Part shown: one piece after another, positions 1 through 9,798 of the stretch
Numbering within the stretch: the stretch's first letter is position 1
How the letters are laid out: every line of letters begins with the position of its first letter
From: Nitrososphaeria archaeon
Lineage (GTDB): Archaea > Thermoproteota > Nitrososphaeria > JACIWG01
DNA length: 64,000 bases
NCBI GenBank assembly: GCA_050011875.1
Contig: JBEKIG010000003.1
Span: forward strand, 64,001-128,000
Reading direction: 5' to 3'
Program-made: the position numbers and the translations under genes
The notes under the pieces: model-generated
Seen by the model: only the letters and a program-made list of their open reading frames with translations
Databases searched by the model: none
What the model was told of the DNA's origin: nothing

Positions 1-81
1 ATGAAATTAATAAAATATTCCTACCACACCTCATAACACTTAATTACCTCGCTGAAGACATTTTTTGAATGTGATATCGCC

Positions 82-355
82 GTGAAATTAGTCGATGTCC
101 TATCCCTTTCCTCTGTAGTCTTCCTTTGGGGCTCGACCTTCACGATAATCAAGCTTGCTCTGTTCAGCTTTGGCCTTCCTTCTCTGGAACCGTGCTCTAA
201 AAGAAGTCCCAGCGACTAAAGCAGGTGCTTTCCTGTTCTTTATACCTGTAGTTTCAGTTGTGATCGCACATTTTGTCCTATTTGAACCCTTAGATATCTT
301 TTTCATCATAGGCACCCTTCTTGTGATGGCTGGTGTTGCGGTAACAGAACTGTAG
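82..355 (+). pseudogene. EamA/DMT-family transporter, internally deleted and frameshifted
   Basis: GTG at 82 gives MKLVDVLSLSSVVFLWGSTFTIIKLAL (typical EamA N-terminus). It joins out of frame to LCSALAFLLWNRALKEVPATKAG...FEPL (typical EamA C-terminus, ORF 155..355). The middle of the protein is absent. Confidence 0.75.
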
Positions 356-500
356 AAAAATGATTACGATGATAATAACACCAATCATTCCCAGAGCCTT
401 TAACGTTTATATTGAAATAGAATGAAATATTTTCCTATAATTTTAAGGTTGTTGTCAAAAAATAGGGGAGGCTAAGTGGTCTTTAAACCCGTTCGCCTTT

Positions 501-596
501 TTAGGCAAGGAAGAACATTCTCCTCTTTTTCTTAGCCTTATCTACAGGCATTAGGCCTTGTTCTTCCTCTATTTCGTCCATGTCTTTCCATGGCAT
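501..596 (-). CDS. Small 31-aa protein MPWKDMDEIEEEQGLMPVDKAKKKRRMFFLA
   Basis: ATG at 596, TAA at 503-501, with a minus-strand TTTATATA box at 620-627 about 24 nt upstream. Too short for the ORF track. Confidence 0.4.
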   Translation of the reverse strand: MPWKDMDEIEEEQGLMPVDKAKKKRRMFFLA

Positions 597-1164
597 GGTC
601 TAGGCCCACTTTACAGTGCTATATAAATCTATAATAATATAACAAAAATTTAATGGATAGCAGAAAATATTATATTTTAAACGCTAAAAGGAGCGTCTAT
701 ATCAGTTTATATATAGTCCGCTCTAATTTTGGTCACTAATTCATTAGTTTATTTTATTATAGTTCCCTTTTTCATAGACTACAGGTAACGTGACAAAGTG
801 CTCATTTTAGTCTGAACGTACAAAGAGAATTGTAAGCCTCCTAACAAGTCAGGCCGACACAGGAATAACGGCGATGTCAGGTTGATTAGGGAATATATCC
901 GTCTAAGCTTTCTATCAGAAAGGTAAAACGTATATACAAAGATTTTTTGGTAGCAACGGTCTGTGTGCATATTAATGGGGCTCCATTTTAAAGAGCTCCT
1001 TTATTATATCGGTCAATGCACACGGACCTATATTATTATTTGTAATATTTTAAGAATATCTGTTCCAATGTCTAAAGTTCTTGACTAACTATGGACTAGA
1101 ACTATTCTGCGTGCACAGCGCAACTCCTGCAAGAACGACATTTTCGAATATGGTGAAGCTGTAG

Positions 1165-1197
1165 GTGAACCACCACCGTTTAAAAACGGTGGCTTTC
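1165..1197 (-). mobile_element. Orphan IS200/IS605-type right-end hairpin
   Basis: Minus strand reads GAAAGCCACCGTT-TTTA-AACGGTGGTGGTTCAC: perfect 8-bp stem, TAAA/TTTA loop and terminal TCAC, the layout of tnpB-element right ends. No tnpA or tnpB nearby. Confidence 0.55.
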
Positions 1198-1217
1198 CAT
1201 AGGACGCTGAATGAAAT

Positions 1218-1685
1218 TTAGAAGTGAATGAGGAACTTCTTGAGTTTGGCATGTCCTTCTATCATTTGAACTGTACTTTTAGTGGACTCATTGATTTGGT
1301 GATCTAATGCTCTAGATAGCAAAAGTGCGGTTATAAAGGATATAATGGAAACAAACACGCCCTCGACGACATTTATGGTGCCTAGATACCATATTATGCC
1401 CAGTGTTACTAAAGCGCCAACAACACTCATAATCGTAGATCTCACTATAAAATATAACCTTTGGGTCCAGCTTATTGACAAGAAAATCCTCATCAACTCT
1501 TTCTTCCCTTCTTCCGTCATCTGTTCCGAATCACTTATGTTCGTTACCATTTTGCTCTGTACACAGGAAAAAACTTCTGCTGAAAAAACTTTTTGTATCT
1601 CCTCCAGTACACCGTCAGCAAATTCAACATCGAAACTAGTTTGTGGCTCAGACTTCATTTTTTTCTCCGATGCAAATATCACCAA
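1218..1685 (-). CDS. Hypothetical membrane protein (two TM helices)
   Basis: 155-aa ORF with a hydrophobic hairpin (IMSVVGALVTLGIIWYLG / VFVSIISFITALLL). True start may be a later Met. Confidence 0.7.
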   Translation of the reverse strand: MVIFASEKKMKSEPQTSFDVEFADGVLEEIQKVFSAEVFSCVQSKMVTNISDSEQMTEEGKKELMRIFLSISWTQRLYFIVRSTIMSVVGALVTLGIIWYLGTINVVEGVFVSIISFITALLLSRALDHQINESTKSTVQMIEGHAKLKKFLIHF

Positions 1686-1785
1686 TATGTCCTCTTTTAT
1701 AAATTTCTCTTGTTATCCTAGCATAAAGAGGAAAAAATAGAATTCTTTTGATGCCGTTGTCAAATTAGCCCTCAAAAGAAAATTT

Positions 1786-2244
1786 CTATTTAAATACAAG
1801 AACGGAGCAGGGCGCGTTCTTCGTAACCTTTTCGGCAACATTACCCAGCGACAACATTGTAGAATGTGTGCTGTGGTAGCCTATTACTATAAGATCATAT
1901 CCCTTTTCGGCTTCCTTAACAATTTCGCTCGCGGGGTCTCCGAAGACTATGGCGTAGTCGATCTTTTTAGATAATTTTTCGACATCTTCCCTTGTCTGGG
2001 ATAGAACGTCCAGGGCTTCCTTTGTCATAAGGTCGCGCATGTTTCCTGGGATAGGTAGAATCGTGCCTTGAAGTTCACTGCTGTGTGTGGCGGCTGACGA
2101 AGAAATCATCGGCCCTACTACGGTCTGACCGGCGACGTAGAAAACGGTAATGTAGCTTTCGAAGAGGCCTGCAAGCTTTATGGCTAGAGATAGACACTTT
2201 TTGCTCTTCTCTGAACCGTCGAATGCGACAAGTATCTTTTCCAT
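1786..2244 (-). CDS. Universal stress protein (UspA family)
   Basis: KILVAFDGSEKS, GDPASEIV, DLIVIG, LGNVAEKVTKNAPCSVLV. Confidence 0.93.
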   Translation of the reverse strand: MEKILVAFDGSEKSKKCLSLAIKLAGLFESYITVFYVAGQTVVGPMISSSAATHSSELQGTILPIPGNMRDLMTKEALDVLSQTREDVEKLSKKIDYAIVFGDPASEIVKEAEKGYDLIVIGYHSTHSTMLSLGNVAEKVTKNAPCSVLVFK

Positions 2245-2289
2245 ATGCTTCTGCCTGAGCTGTTTACCTCTGCTAAATAAGAACTTTAC

Positions 2290-3570
2290 CTATTCCGTGC
2301 TCTGATCCCTCGACCTTCTTGGCAGGCTCGAACGCAATTCTTCGATCAGCGCCTTTCTTAGCGTTGTTTCAGATTTCTTTGTTTCTATAAGCCTCTGATG
2401 CATTACAGCTATTGCGAGTCTCCCAAACACTGATATCATGTAAACAAACTGCAGCGCTATAACTAGACCAAAGTATGGTTCACCCAGAGCGATGAGCACA
2501 CCTCCCGTGATTGAACCGAAAAGGTATGACATACCGGTTGCAAAATTATACAATGAAGTGCATACACCCCTCTGGCCTCCCGGCGTTGAATCAAACATGT
2601 ACGCCAGAACGCCTGTATCGTTCAGAGCCGAAAAGACCCCGCCGATAAGGTTTGCGATATATAGAAACATCATATCTGGGGAAAACGCGTACGCAAGAGG
2701 AAGGACCAGAAGGCCAGCCCTGGCAAAGACGAGAACAGGCACCCTACCTGCTCGATCGAACAGATGCCGGAAGACGTTCTGAGCTACAATATACGATACC
2801 ATAGCCGATATCTGTATTAAGCCGAATTCGAGAACACCCGCATTATGGACTTCAGCAAGGGTCAGCCCTGTCAGAGGCCACATCAAGGACATGAAGAAAC
2901 CGTAAAGAGAGCTCATGAGGACAAACTGGGTGAAAAGAGGGTTCGTTTTCGTAATCTTGATAAGGTCGCTGAAGAGCTGCGTTGACTCCTTTACGGGTTT
3001 CGTCTTAGGCTCCTTTATAAAATGGATTGAAATAGTCTGGAAGACTCCGAAGGCGATAGAAGCCAGGAACATGAACTGGAATCCAGACGCGCTTACACCA
3101 AAGATAAAATATACGGCGACAGAAGTGAATAGTGTGGCAATGAGGCTGCCGAAACCGTTGAGCAGGTTCAGCTTCGCCATGATCCCAGCCCTGTTCTCCA
3201 TCGTCGTCGCCTCCCCGATAAGCACGAGGAAAGCCGGCGTCATCATCGCACCCGCAGCAGACTGGATCGATAACAGTAGCACAAATTCCTTGGGCGTCCG
3301 CACTAATAGAATAGGGACGAAGATTACGAAGTAGATCACGCTTGCAATGTAAAGGATCAGCTTCTTCTTCCCCAGCCTGTCCGTTAAACTGCCGAAAGGC
3401 AGTTGGAACACGTTTGGAACAACGTTCACTGCAGCCTGTAGGAGACCTAAGTCAATAGAATTAGCTCCCAAGTCTATCGCAAAAAGCGTCAGGAAAGGCC
3501 CTGAAAGTCCCACCGCTAAAGCCAAGAGTGTTGCCCTTACAAACAGTGGACGATAAAATGAGGTGCTCAT
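2290..3570 (-). CDS. MFS transporter
   Basis: About 12 hydrophobic segments, motif A GSLTDRLGKK and its repeat LFDRAGRVP. Confidence 0.92.
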   Translation of the reverse strand: MSTSFYRPLFVRATLLALAVGLSGPFLTLFAIDLGANSIDLGLLQAAVNVVPNVFQLPFGSLTDRLGKKKLILYIASVIYFVIFVPILLVRTPKEFVLLLSIQSAAGAMMTPAFLVLIGEATTMENRAGIMAKLNLLNGFGSLIATLFTSVAVYFIFGVSASGFQFMFLASIAFGVFQTISIHFIKEPKTKPVKESTQLFSDLIKITKTNPLFTQFVLMSSLYGFFMSLMWPLTGLTLAEVHNAGVLEFGLIQISAMVSYIVAQNVFRHLFDRAGRVPVLVFARAGLLVLPLAYAFSPDMMFLYIANLIGGVFSALNDTGVLAYMFDSTPGGQRGVCTSLYNFATGMSYLFGSITGGVLIALGEPYFGLVIALQFVYMISVFGRLAIAVMHQRLIETKKSETTLRKALIEELRSSLPRRSRDQSTE

Positions 3571-3605
3571 TCAGAATCAGGGCTCAATTTTGCTTCCTTT
3601 TTGAC

Positions 3606-3998
3606 TTATTTTCTAGGATCGAAGACGTGAGATTCGAGCACAAGGCACACGAATTTTCCTTCGAAAACCTTTTTTTCTTCAACGAATACTTCAACGCTTG
3701 CATAGCATCTGTTATTTTGATGCTTATATAATCGGGCTTTCGCTATCAAAGTGTCACCGACTTTCACAGGAGAAGTAAATTTAACTAACGCCTTTAAGAG
3801 GACAACGTTCGGATGGTTTACCGCGATCATAGCCGCGTAATCGGCGACCGAAAATGTGAAGCCACCATGAACCAACCCTTTTTCATCCGCCTTCATAAAA
3901 TCCTCTGTCTTGAGGGAAACAATAGAACGCCTTCCAGGGATTAGGTCAAGACACCTTCCAGAAAAGCGCTCATCAATACTTTTATGAGTTCTCAGCAT
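3606..3998 (-). CDS. PaaI-type hotdog-fold thioesterase
   Basis: GLVHGGFTFSVADYAAM and FTSPVKVGD. ATG at 3998 preferred over 4016. Confidence 0.88.
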   Translation of the reverse strand: MLRTHKSIDERFSGRCLDLIPGRRSIVSLKTEDFMKADEKGLVHGGFTFSVADYAAMIAVNHPNVVLLKALVKFTSPVKVGDTLIAKARLYKHQNNRCYASVEVFVEEKKVFEGKFVCLVLESHVFDPRK

Positions 3999-4145
3999 AA
4001 ATGTGACACTCAACACTTTCCCTTAACTGGTTATAAAAAAGTTTATGGCCTTTTCGGAAGGGAAAAAAGAGAGGGAGAGGGATAAATCCAAGGTATTAAT
4101 ATATTCTTTAGTTACGAAGTCTAAAATTGGGATCATGAATATGCT

Positions 4146-5048
4146 TTAGTCTATTCCCAGAAGCTTTGCAGGTTTGTCCTTCACCATCTTTTCAACTTCT
4201 GACAGGGTAAAACCATTATCCAACATTAGGTGAATATATTGGCACATCCCTTCTATTGGATGAGGATTTCTTATCTGACCGAAATCGGTTGCCATTACAC
4301 ACTTATCTGTCCCAACCTTCCTTATCGATTCCACCAGATGTTGCACGGTGAACGACCTTTCCGGCTTATCTAAGCAGCCAAAGACGTCATGTTCCATGAT
4401 AGCGCCCATTTCTGCCATCCTAACCTGATCCGATATCTGCCAGGGTGTGATGTAAAAGCCAGGATGTGTTATTAGTATCTTCTTGACCCCGGATTTCCTT
4501 GCCGACTTTATTAGAGCGAAGACTTCTTCCTTTGAAATGTGACCTGATCCGAGAATCAAGTCGTTTGCGGCAATAAGGTCAAGTATCTCGTAGACTTCCT
4601 GTTTTACTTCACCATCTTCTTGCAGAATGTTTATTCCTTCTATAGGTCCCAGGTCAGAGTTGGGGACAAACCTTGAAGCATCATATGAGGTTTGTCCTGC
4701 AACTTTGATATGATTCTGTGCATGGAAGGTTGGCATCCAAACTTCCCTCGCACCAAACCCTATCGCAGCCCTTACAGCCTTAGGGTTCAGTCCACCCACT
4801 GTATGATTTAGAACGATGCCGCCGAAGAACTTTACACATGAAACTTCAGCGCCTACGATCTGCGCTCTGTCCGCTGTGATCACAAAATGATTTTTCGACA
4901 ATACCGCCCTGTACCCTACATCTACGGCACCTTTGGCGAATTCGATTTCGTTTAAGGATCTCAGAAATAGGTCGGGTGCAAGGTGGACATGCATTTCGCA
5001 GACGTTTTCAAGGAGAAGTCTGTCTTCCTTTGACACTTCAATGCTCAT
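4146..5048 (-). CDS. DUF6282-type amidohydrolase-superfamily metalloprotein
   Basis: MHVHLAPD, SKNH, GGIVLN..VGGLNP, VWMPT, GSGHIS, ITHP, TDFGQ. Confidence 0.8.
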   Translation of the reverse strand: MSIEVSKEDRLLLENVCEMHVHLAPDLFLRSLNEIEFAKGAVDVGYRAVLSKNHFVITADRAQIVGAEVSCVKFFGGIVLNHTVGGLNPKAVRAAIGFGAREVWMPTFHAQNHIKVAGQTSYDASRFVPNSDLGPIEGINILQEDGEVKQEVYEILDLIAANDLILGSGHISKEEVFALIKSARKSGVKKILITHPGFYITPWQISDQVRMAEMGAIMEHDVFGCLDKPERSFTVQHLVESIRKVGTDKCVMATDFGQIRNPHPIEGMCQYIHLMLDNGFTLSEVEKMVKDKPAKLLGID

Positions 5049-5106
5049 AATAATACGAATGTCTTGTTCTCAGTCAATTATTTATACTTTATAAACAAAA
5101 AAAAGC

Positions 5107-6492
5107 TTACTTGATTTTTTCGATGAATTCTTTGTGCAATGCCCTGACAGCTTTTGCACCATCTTCTTCTTTAACAACAAAGCTTATGTTAAGCTCACTC
5201 GAGCCCTGAGCTATCATCCTAACGTTCACCCCCGCGTCGGCTACGGCTCTGAACATTCTAGCCGCAACACCTGGGGTACCTTTCATGCCCTCTCCGACGG
5301 TCGCTACAACCGAAATGTCAGCTTCCATTTCCATTCTTTTAGCATTTTTACCAATTTCCGAATCGAGTGCCCCATGCGCTCGTTCTAGGTACTGCTTCTT
5401 CATGACGACGCTGATGTTGGATTCAGAAACGCTCTGTGAAATCATCATAACGTTTATTTTGGCATCAGCAAGTAAATCAAAGAATTTTGCAGCTGTCCCC
5501 GCTTCTCCCACCATTGAAGCGCCTCTAACTGTCAGCATGCCCGTGTCTTTTATAAGAGAAATGACTTTAACGATAGAATAGTTTGGTTTTGAAGCCTTAC
5601 TCACGATCAACGTTCCATTGTGGGTCGGATTGAATGTGTTCTTCAGCCTGACAGGTATCTTCTTTTCTATTGCAGGTTCTAACGCTCTAGGATGCAGAGA
5701 CTTGGCACCTATTACGGCCATCTCTAGAGCTTCATCATAGGTTATCTCTGGAAGCGTTTTGGCTTCGGGTACGATTTTTGGATCCGCTGTCATTATGCCG
5801 TTAACATCGCTCCATATCAAAACTTCATCAGCTTCTATCGCATTTGCTATAATCGTCGCAGTGTAATCACTGCCACCTCTACCGAATGTTGTAACAATCC
5901 CTTCCTTTGTAGCGCCCGCAAATCCGCCGACAACGGGAATAGATCCTCCATTTAGAAGAGGTTCTAGATTAGCCTTAATATTCTCCCTTGTTGCTTCCAT
6001 TATTGGTGTCGCCTCCCCAAAACGATTGTTTGTCACAATACCTGCTTCCCCACCTGTAAATGATTTAGATTTGTAACCTGCGCTTAGTAGCGTCTCAGAA
6101 GCTATATCAGACGAATACCGTTCACCAAAACTTGTAACGTAATCAACGCTCCTTGATGTTGCCTCCTGTAGGTATAGGATTCCGTATAGAACATGCTCAA
6201 GTTCATAGTCCGCCTGGGACAAGCGTTCCTCAAGCTTATGGGGTATTTGGCCGACAGAATTCTTGGCAACCATCCGTTGGGTTTCTTTCAGATTGTTTAA
6301 AAACGCGTTCACCCATTTTTGGTCCCCCGACTCAGCTCTTTTCGTTGCTTCGAGCAGGTCATCGGTTACGCCTTTTAGCGCGGAGACGACTATGATAACC
6401 CTGTCATCCTTAAAGTTTGATAGCAGCTCTGATATCTTTTTGTATCCTGCATCCTTAACCGATGTACCGCCAAACTTCATTACATACTTCAT
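5107..6492 (-). CDS. ask: Aspartate kinase (two C-terminal ACT domains)
   Basis: KFGGTSV, VVSA..GVTD.L, GRGGSDYTA, DVNGIMTADP, QGSSELNIS. Confidence 0.96.
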   Translation of the reverse strand: MKYVMKFGGTSVKDAGYKKISELLSNFKDDRVIIVVSALKGVTDDLLEATKRAESGDQKWVNAFLNNLKETQRMVAKNSVGQIPHKLEERLSQADYELEHVLYGILYLQEATSRSVDYVTSFGERYSSDIASETLLSAGYKSKSFTGGEAGIVTNNRFGEATPIMEATRENIKANLEPLLNGGSIPVVGGFAGATKEGIVTTFGRGGSDYTATIIANAIEADEVLIWSDVNGIMTADPKIVPEAKTLPEITYDEALEMAVIGAKSLHPRALEPAIEKKIPVRLKNTFNPTHNGTLIVSKASKPNYSIVKVISLIKDTGMLTVRGASMVGEAGTAAKFFDLLADAKINVMMISQSVSESNISVVMKKQYLERAHGALDSEIGKNAKRMEMEADISVVATVGEGMKGTPGVAARMFRAVADAGVNVRMIAQGSSELNISFVVKEEDGAKAVRALHKEFIEKIK

Positions 6493-6496
6493 TAAA

Positions 6497-7552
6497 CTAT
6501 CTCTCCAAGTAGCACAATCTATTGAGAAGCTCGGCTGTCAGTATCGCGTTACCCGCCGCCCCTCTTATTGTGTTATGACTCAAAAGGGTATATTGTAGGG
6601 ATCTTGAGTCAAGGCCCCTCCTAACCCTTCCGATCACTACGCTCATTCCTGGAACGGTTCCAGCAAACCTATCGCGCCTAACCTGAGGCCTGTCTTTACC
6701 CTCCCTAACGATGAGAGGATGCTCAGGAGCCGAAGGCAGCTTAAAATCCTGTGGCAAGCCTTTGAAAGAGGACATCGTATTTTTCGCTTCTTCTACATCG
6801 ATTTCTCCTTCCGTCTCTATGTACACGGATTCCGTGTGACCGTCGATCACGGAAACTCTATTGCAGGAGGCGGCGAGCAGCATAGGATTCTCAATTACAA
6901 AATTATCTCGAATGTTTCCGAGTATCTTCTTTGTTTCGTTGACAAGCTTTTCCTCTTCATCCTTGATGTAAGGTATGATATTGTCGATTATCTGGAGGCT
7001 GGAAACGCCTGGAAATCCTGCACCGCTGACAGCCTGCATCGTAGTAACTATTACCCTCTTAACCTTATACCTATCGTCTAAAGGTTTAAGAGACATTACA
7101 AGGCCGGTTGTTGTACAGTTCGGTTTTGTTACAATGAAACCCTTCCAACCCCTTTCCGTCCTTTGCCTTTTGATAAGCTCTAGATGGCTACTGTTTATTT
7201 CGGGTACCAACACCGGGACATCCCTTTCCATTCTGAAGGCGCTAGTGTTACTGACAATCGGATGCTTCTTCGCATATGCTCCTTCCTGCTCTTTAGCCGC
7301 ATCTGAAGGAAGACAGCTGAAAATGAGCCCTACGAAATTCTGGGGAACCGATTCCTCGACCTGCATCCTCTGAATACGCTCTGGTGGATCATTTTCACCA
7401 ATCCATTCAGCTGCTTCACCATAGAGTTTTCCAGCGGACTTCTTCCCTACTAGAAGTGAAACTTCAAACCATGGATGCGACTCTAGCAGGCGTATGTACT
7501 GTTGACCGACCATGCCTGTCGCGCCCAATACAGCGACACTGATCTTTGCCAC
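6497..7552 (-). CDS. asd: Aspartate-semialdehyde dehydrogenase (archaeal/fungal type)
   Basis: GATGMVGQ, PNCTT, QAVSGAG, CNRV.V.DGH, SHNTIRGAAG. Starts 4 bp before ask. Confidence 0.96.
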   Translation of the reverse strand: MAKISVAVLGATGMVGQQYIRLLESHPWFEVSLLVGKKSAGKLYGEAAEWIGENDPPERIQRMQVEESVPQNFVGLIFSCLPSDAAKEQEGAYAKKHPIVSNTSAFRMERDVPVLVPEINSSHLELIKRQRTERGWKGFIVTKPNCTTTGLVMSLKPLDDRYKVKRVIVTTMQAVSGAGFPGVSSLQIIDNIIPYIKDEEEKLVNETKKILGNIRDNFVIENPMLLAASCNRVSVIDGHTESVYIETEGEIDVEEAKNTMSSFKGLPQDFKLPSAPEHPLIVREGKDRPQVRRDRFAGTVPGMSVVIGRVRRGLDSRSLQYTLLSHNTIRGAAGNAILTAELLNRLCYLER

Positions 7553-7659
7553 TTTCTTTACACTTGTTTGCCTAAGATTAAAACCACTAACCTTTAATAT
7601 ACTTTACTTCAAAACTCAAGCATCCAACTTTTTCCTATGTCTAATATGTGATTAGATGA

Positions 7660-8100
7660 TCATTGGACTACAGTATTATTGGCCGCTTTCCAGGCCGTGA
7701 GACCTCCGAGCATGTTATATACGTGACGGAAACCGTTGTTAGCTAGTATAGTTGAAGCTTGGGCACTCCTAGTTCCCGTACCACAGTAGACCAGGATATA
7801 CGATTGAGGATCTAATTTACTAATATTCTCTTGTAGAGTGTTAATGGGGATACACATGGCTCCTTCGATGTGTCCGCTGTTAAATTCATCAAAGGTTCTA
7901 ACGTCTAGAATAACTAAACCTGTAGTATTTCTTATCAATTCTTTAGCCTGTTCAACCGTAACATCCTGATAACCTTTTTTTCCTGACTGGACACTCGGCA
8001 GCCATACATAGGAATAATAGATTACCACGGAAAAAACTATAGCTACGATAACCAGGATAACTGCAAGACGCTTTTGATTTATTGAGAGCCCTGTCTTCAT
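7660..8100 (-). CDS. Membrane-anchored single-domain rhodanese
   Basis: N-terminal TM helix, ILDVRT.DEF..GHIEGA, active-site YCGTGTRS, NMLGGLTAW. Confidence 0.9.
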   Translation of the reverse strand: MKTGLSINQKRLAVILVIVAIVFSVVIYYSYVWLPSVQSGKKGYQDVTVEQAKELIRNTTGLVILDVRTFDEFNSGHIEGAMCIPINTLQENISKLDPQSYILVYCGTGTRSAQASTILANNGFRHVYNMLGGLTAWKAANNTVVQ

Positions 8101-8415
8101 GCTCTATACCATCTGACTTCTATTAAAGATTCTTTGCTATAAACCTTAGTTTATAATCAAACCTTCTAGCGAAAAATGTTTTTTTTAGACGATTGACTTT
8201 ACTTCCTTAAGGATTTTCACGTTATCATAGACAGTAATTGAAGTCAAAAGCACAAACCTGATATTATGCGATAATGGAATTGGTTAAAGGAAATATAAAT
8301 GATCCTTCATAATTAAAACAGTAGATCTGATTACGCGATTTGATAACGATATCGTAGGCGTGTTAGACTCTCAACATGTTTAAATATCTAGCAACTGTTC
8401 CCTAAATCGGATTTG

Positions 8416-9756
8416 ATGAAGACTGAAGCTTACCTTCAGTGTATAATACCGAGCTGTGGAAAAAAATATGACACCAAAGGAATAAGAACGACCTGCGATT
8501 GTGGCAACCTTCTAGACGTAAAATATAAGGGTAGGTTTTCAAGAAGGTTGGAAGATAAATTTTTTCAGAGAAGGAACCCGTTAGGTAACATCTTCAATGA
8601 AAGCGGCGTGTGGAGGTTCAGGGAACTCATCAACTTTACAGGATTTGATTCTGAAGATCACGAAAATTACAGTAAGGTCTTCGTGTCGTTCGATGGCGCA
8701 GAAGGGAGGACAAGACCTTATCAGATGACGAAGGTCGCAGAATATGTTGGAATGCCTAAAGAAAACGTCCTCTTTCAGCCTGAGGGACTTAATCCCAGCG
8801 GCTCCTTCAAAGATAACGGCATATCCACAGGTTTGACTCATGCAAAGATGATAGGGGTTAAGGAAGTAATATGTGCTTCAACAGGAAATACTTCAGCATC
8901 TCTTGCGATGTACGCGGCGAACGAGGGTATTAGAGCTGGAATATACATACCGAAGGAAGAGGTTGCACCGGGAAAGCTTGGTCAGGCTTTTCAGTTTAAT
9001 GCAGACGTATATGAAGTAACAGGTAACTTCGATGACGCGCTCCAAGTTGTTCTGGAGAAGGGAAGAAGGGGAGCGTATGTTATGAACTCTGTTAACCCGT
9101 TCAGGCTAGAAGGCCAGAAGACGATGGTCTACAGGGTGCTGGAGTACCTTAACTGGGAGGCGCCTGATTGGCTTGTGTTCCCCCGCGGAAACATGGGGAA
9201 CTGTTCGGCGTTTGGAAAAGCGGTCATTGAACTTTATGAGTGGGGATGGATAAAGAAGAAGCCGAGATTTGTTTCCGTCGACGCCGAAGGTTCTAAAACC
9301 TTCTTCACTCTCTTCAATGGCCTGTACAATGGAGAAAAATTGAGGTGGAACAATGGAGACGTTGATGAAGAGCTGATAGAAGACTACTATAATTATTTAG
9401 ATAGAAGAGGGGTGAGGCCTAAGACAAACGCGACGGCGATACAGATAGGTAGACCTGTAAATATCAAGAAAGGTCTAAGAAGTCTGGACTTCACAGATGG
9501 AATCTCGGTGGAAGTTAATGATAAAGAAATGGAAGATGGTGTAGCTGTCGTCGGTAGCAACGGATTCGATTGCGAACAGGCTTCAGCCGCATGTATTGCA
9601 GCGATAAAAAAACTTGTTTTAGAAGGGACTATAAAGAAGGATGATAAGGTTGTCGGCATCCTAACTGGCAGGCTGAAGGACCCTCAGATGATTGTGAACT
9701 ATCACGCCGACAAAGATAACAGATTCGCTAATCCTCCTAAAACAGTTAAGATCTGA
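8416..9756 (+). CDS. thrC: Threonine synthase
   Basis: N-terminal Cys cluster, EGLNPSGSFKD (PLP Lys), CASTGNTSASLA, NSVNPFRLEGQKT, ATAIQIGRP. Next to thrB. Confidence 0.93.
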   Translation: MKTEAYLQCIIPSCGKKYDTKGIRTTCDCGNLLDVKYKGRFSRRLEDKFFQRRNPLGNIFNESGVWRFRELINFTGFDSEDHENYSKVFVSFDGAEGRTRPYQMTKVAEYVGMPKENVLFQPEGLNPSGSFKDNGISTGLTHAKMIGVKEVICASTGNTSASLAMYAANEGIRAGIYIPKEEVAPGKLGQAFQFNADVYEVTGNFDDALQVVLEKGRRGAYVMNSVNPFRLEGQKTMVYRVLEYLNWEAPDWLVFPRGNMGNCSAFGKAVIELYEWGWIKKKPRFVSVDAEGSKTFFTLFNGLYNGEKLRWNNGDVDEELIEDYYNYLDRRGVRPKTNATAIQIGRPVNIKKGLRSLDFTDGISVEVNDKEMEDGVAVVGSNGFDCEQASAACIAAIKKLVLEGTIKKDDKVVGILTGRLKDPQMIVNYHADKDNRFANPPKTVKI

Positions 9757-9798
9757 AGACAACATTGTTGATTTGCTATTTGGAATTTACTGTTACAG

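Noticed and set aside
779-970. 63-aa minus-strand ORF
   Set aside because: No recognisable motif or convincing promoter. Likely spurious.
977-999. Hairpin GGGGCTC-N9-GAGCTCC
   Set aside because: Short stem with a G-T pair and no link to a clear gene end or to the IS-type end at 1165. Could be chance.
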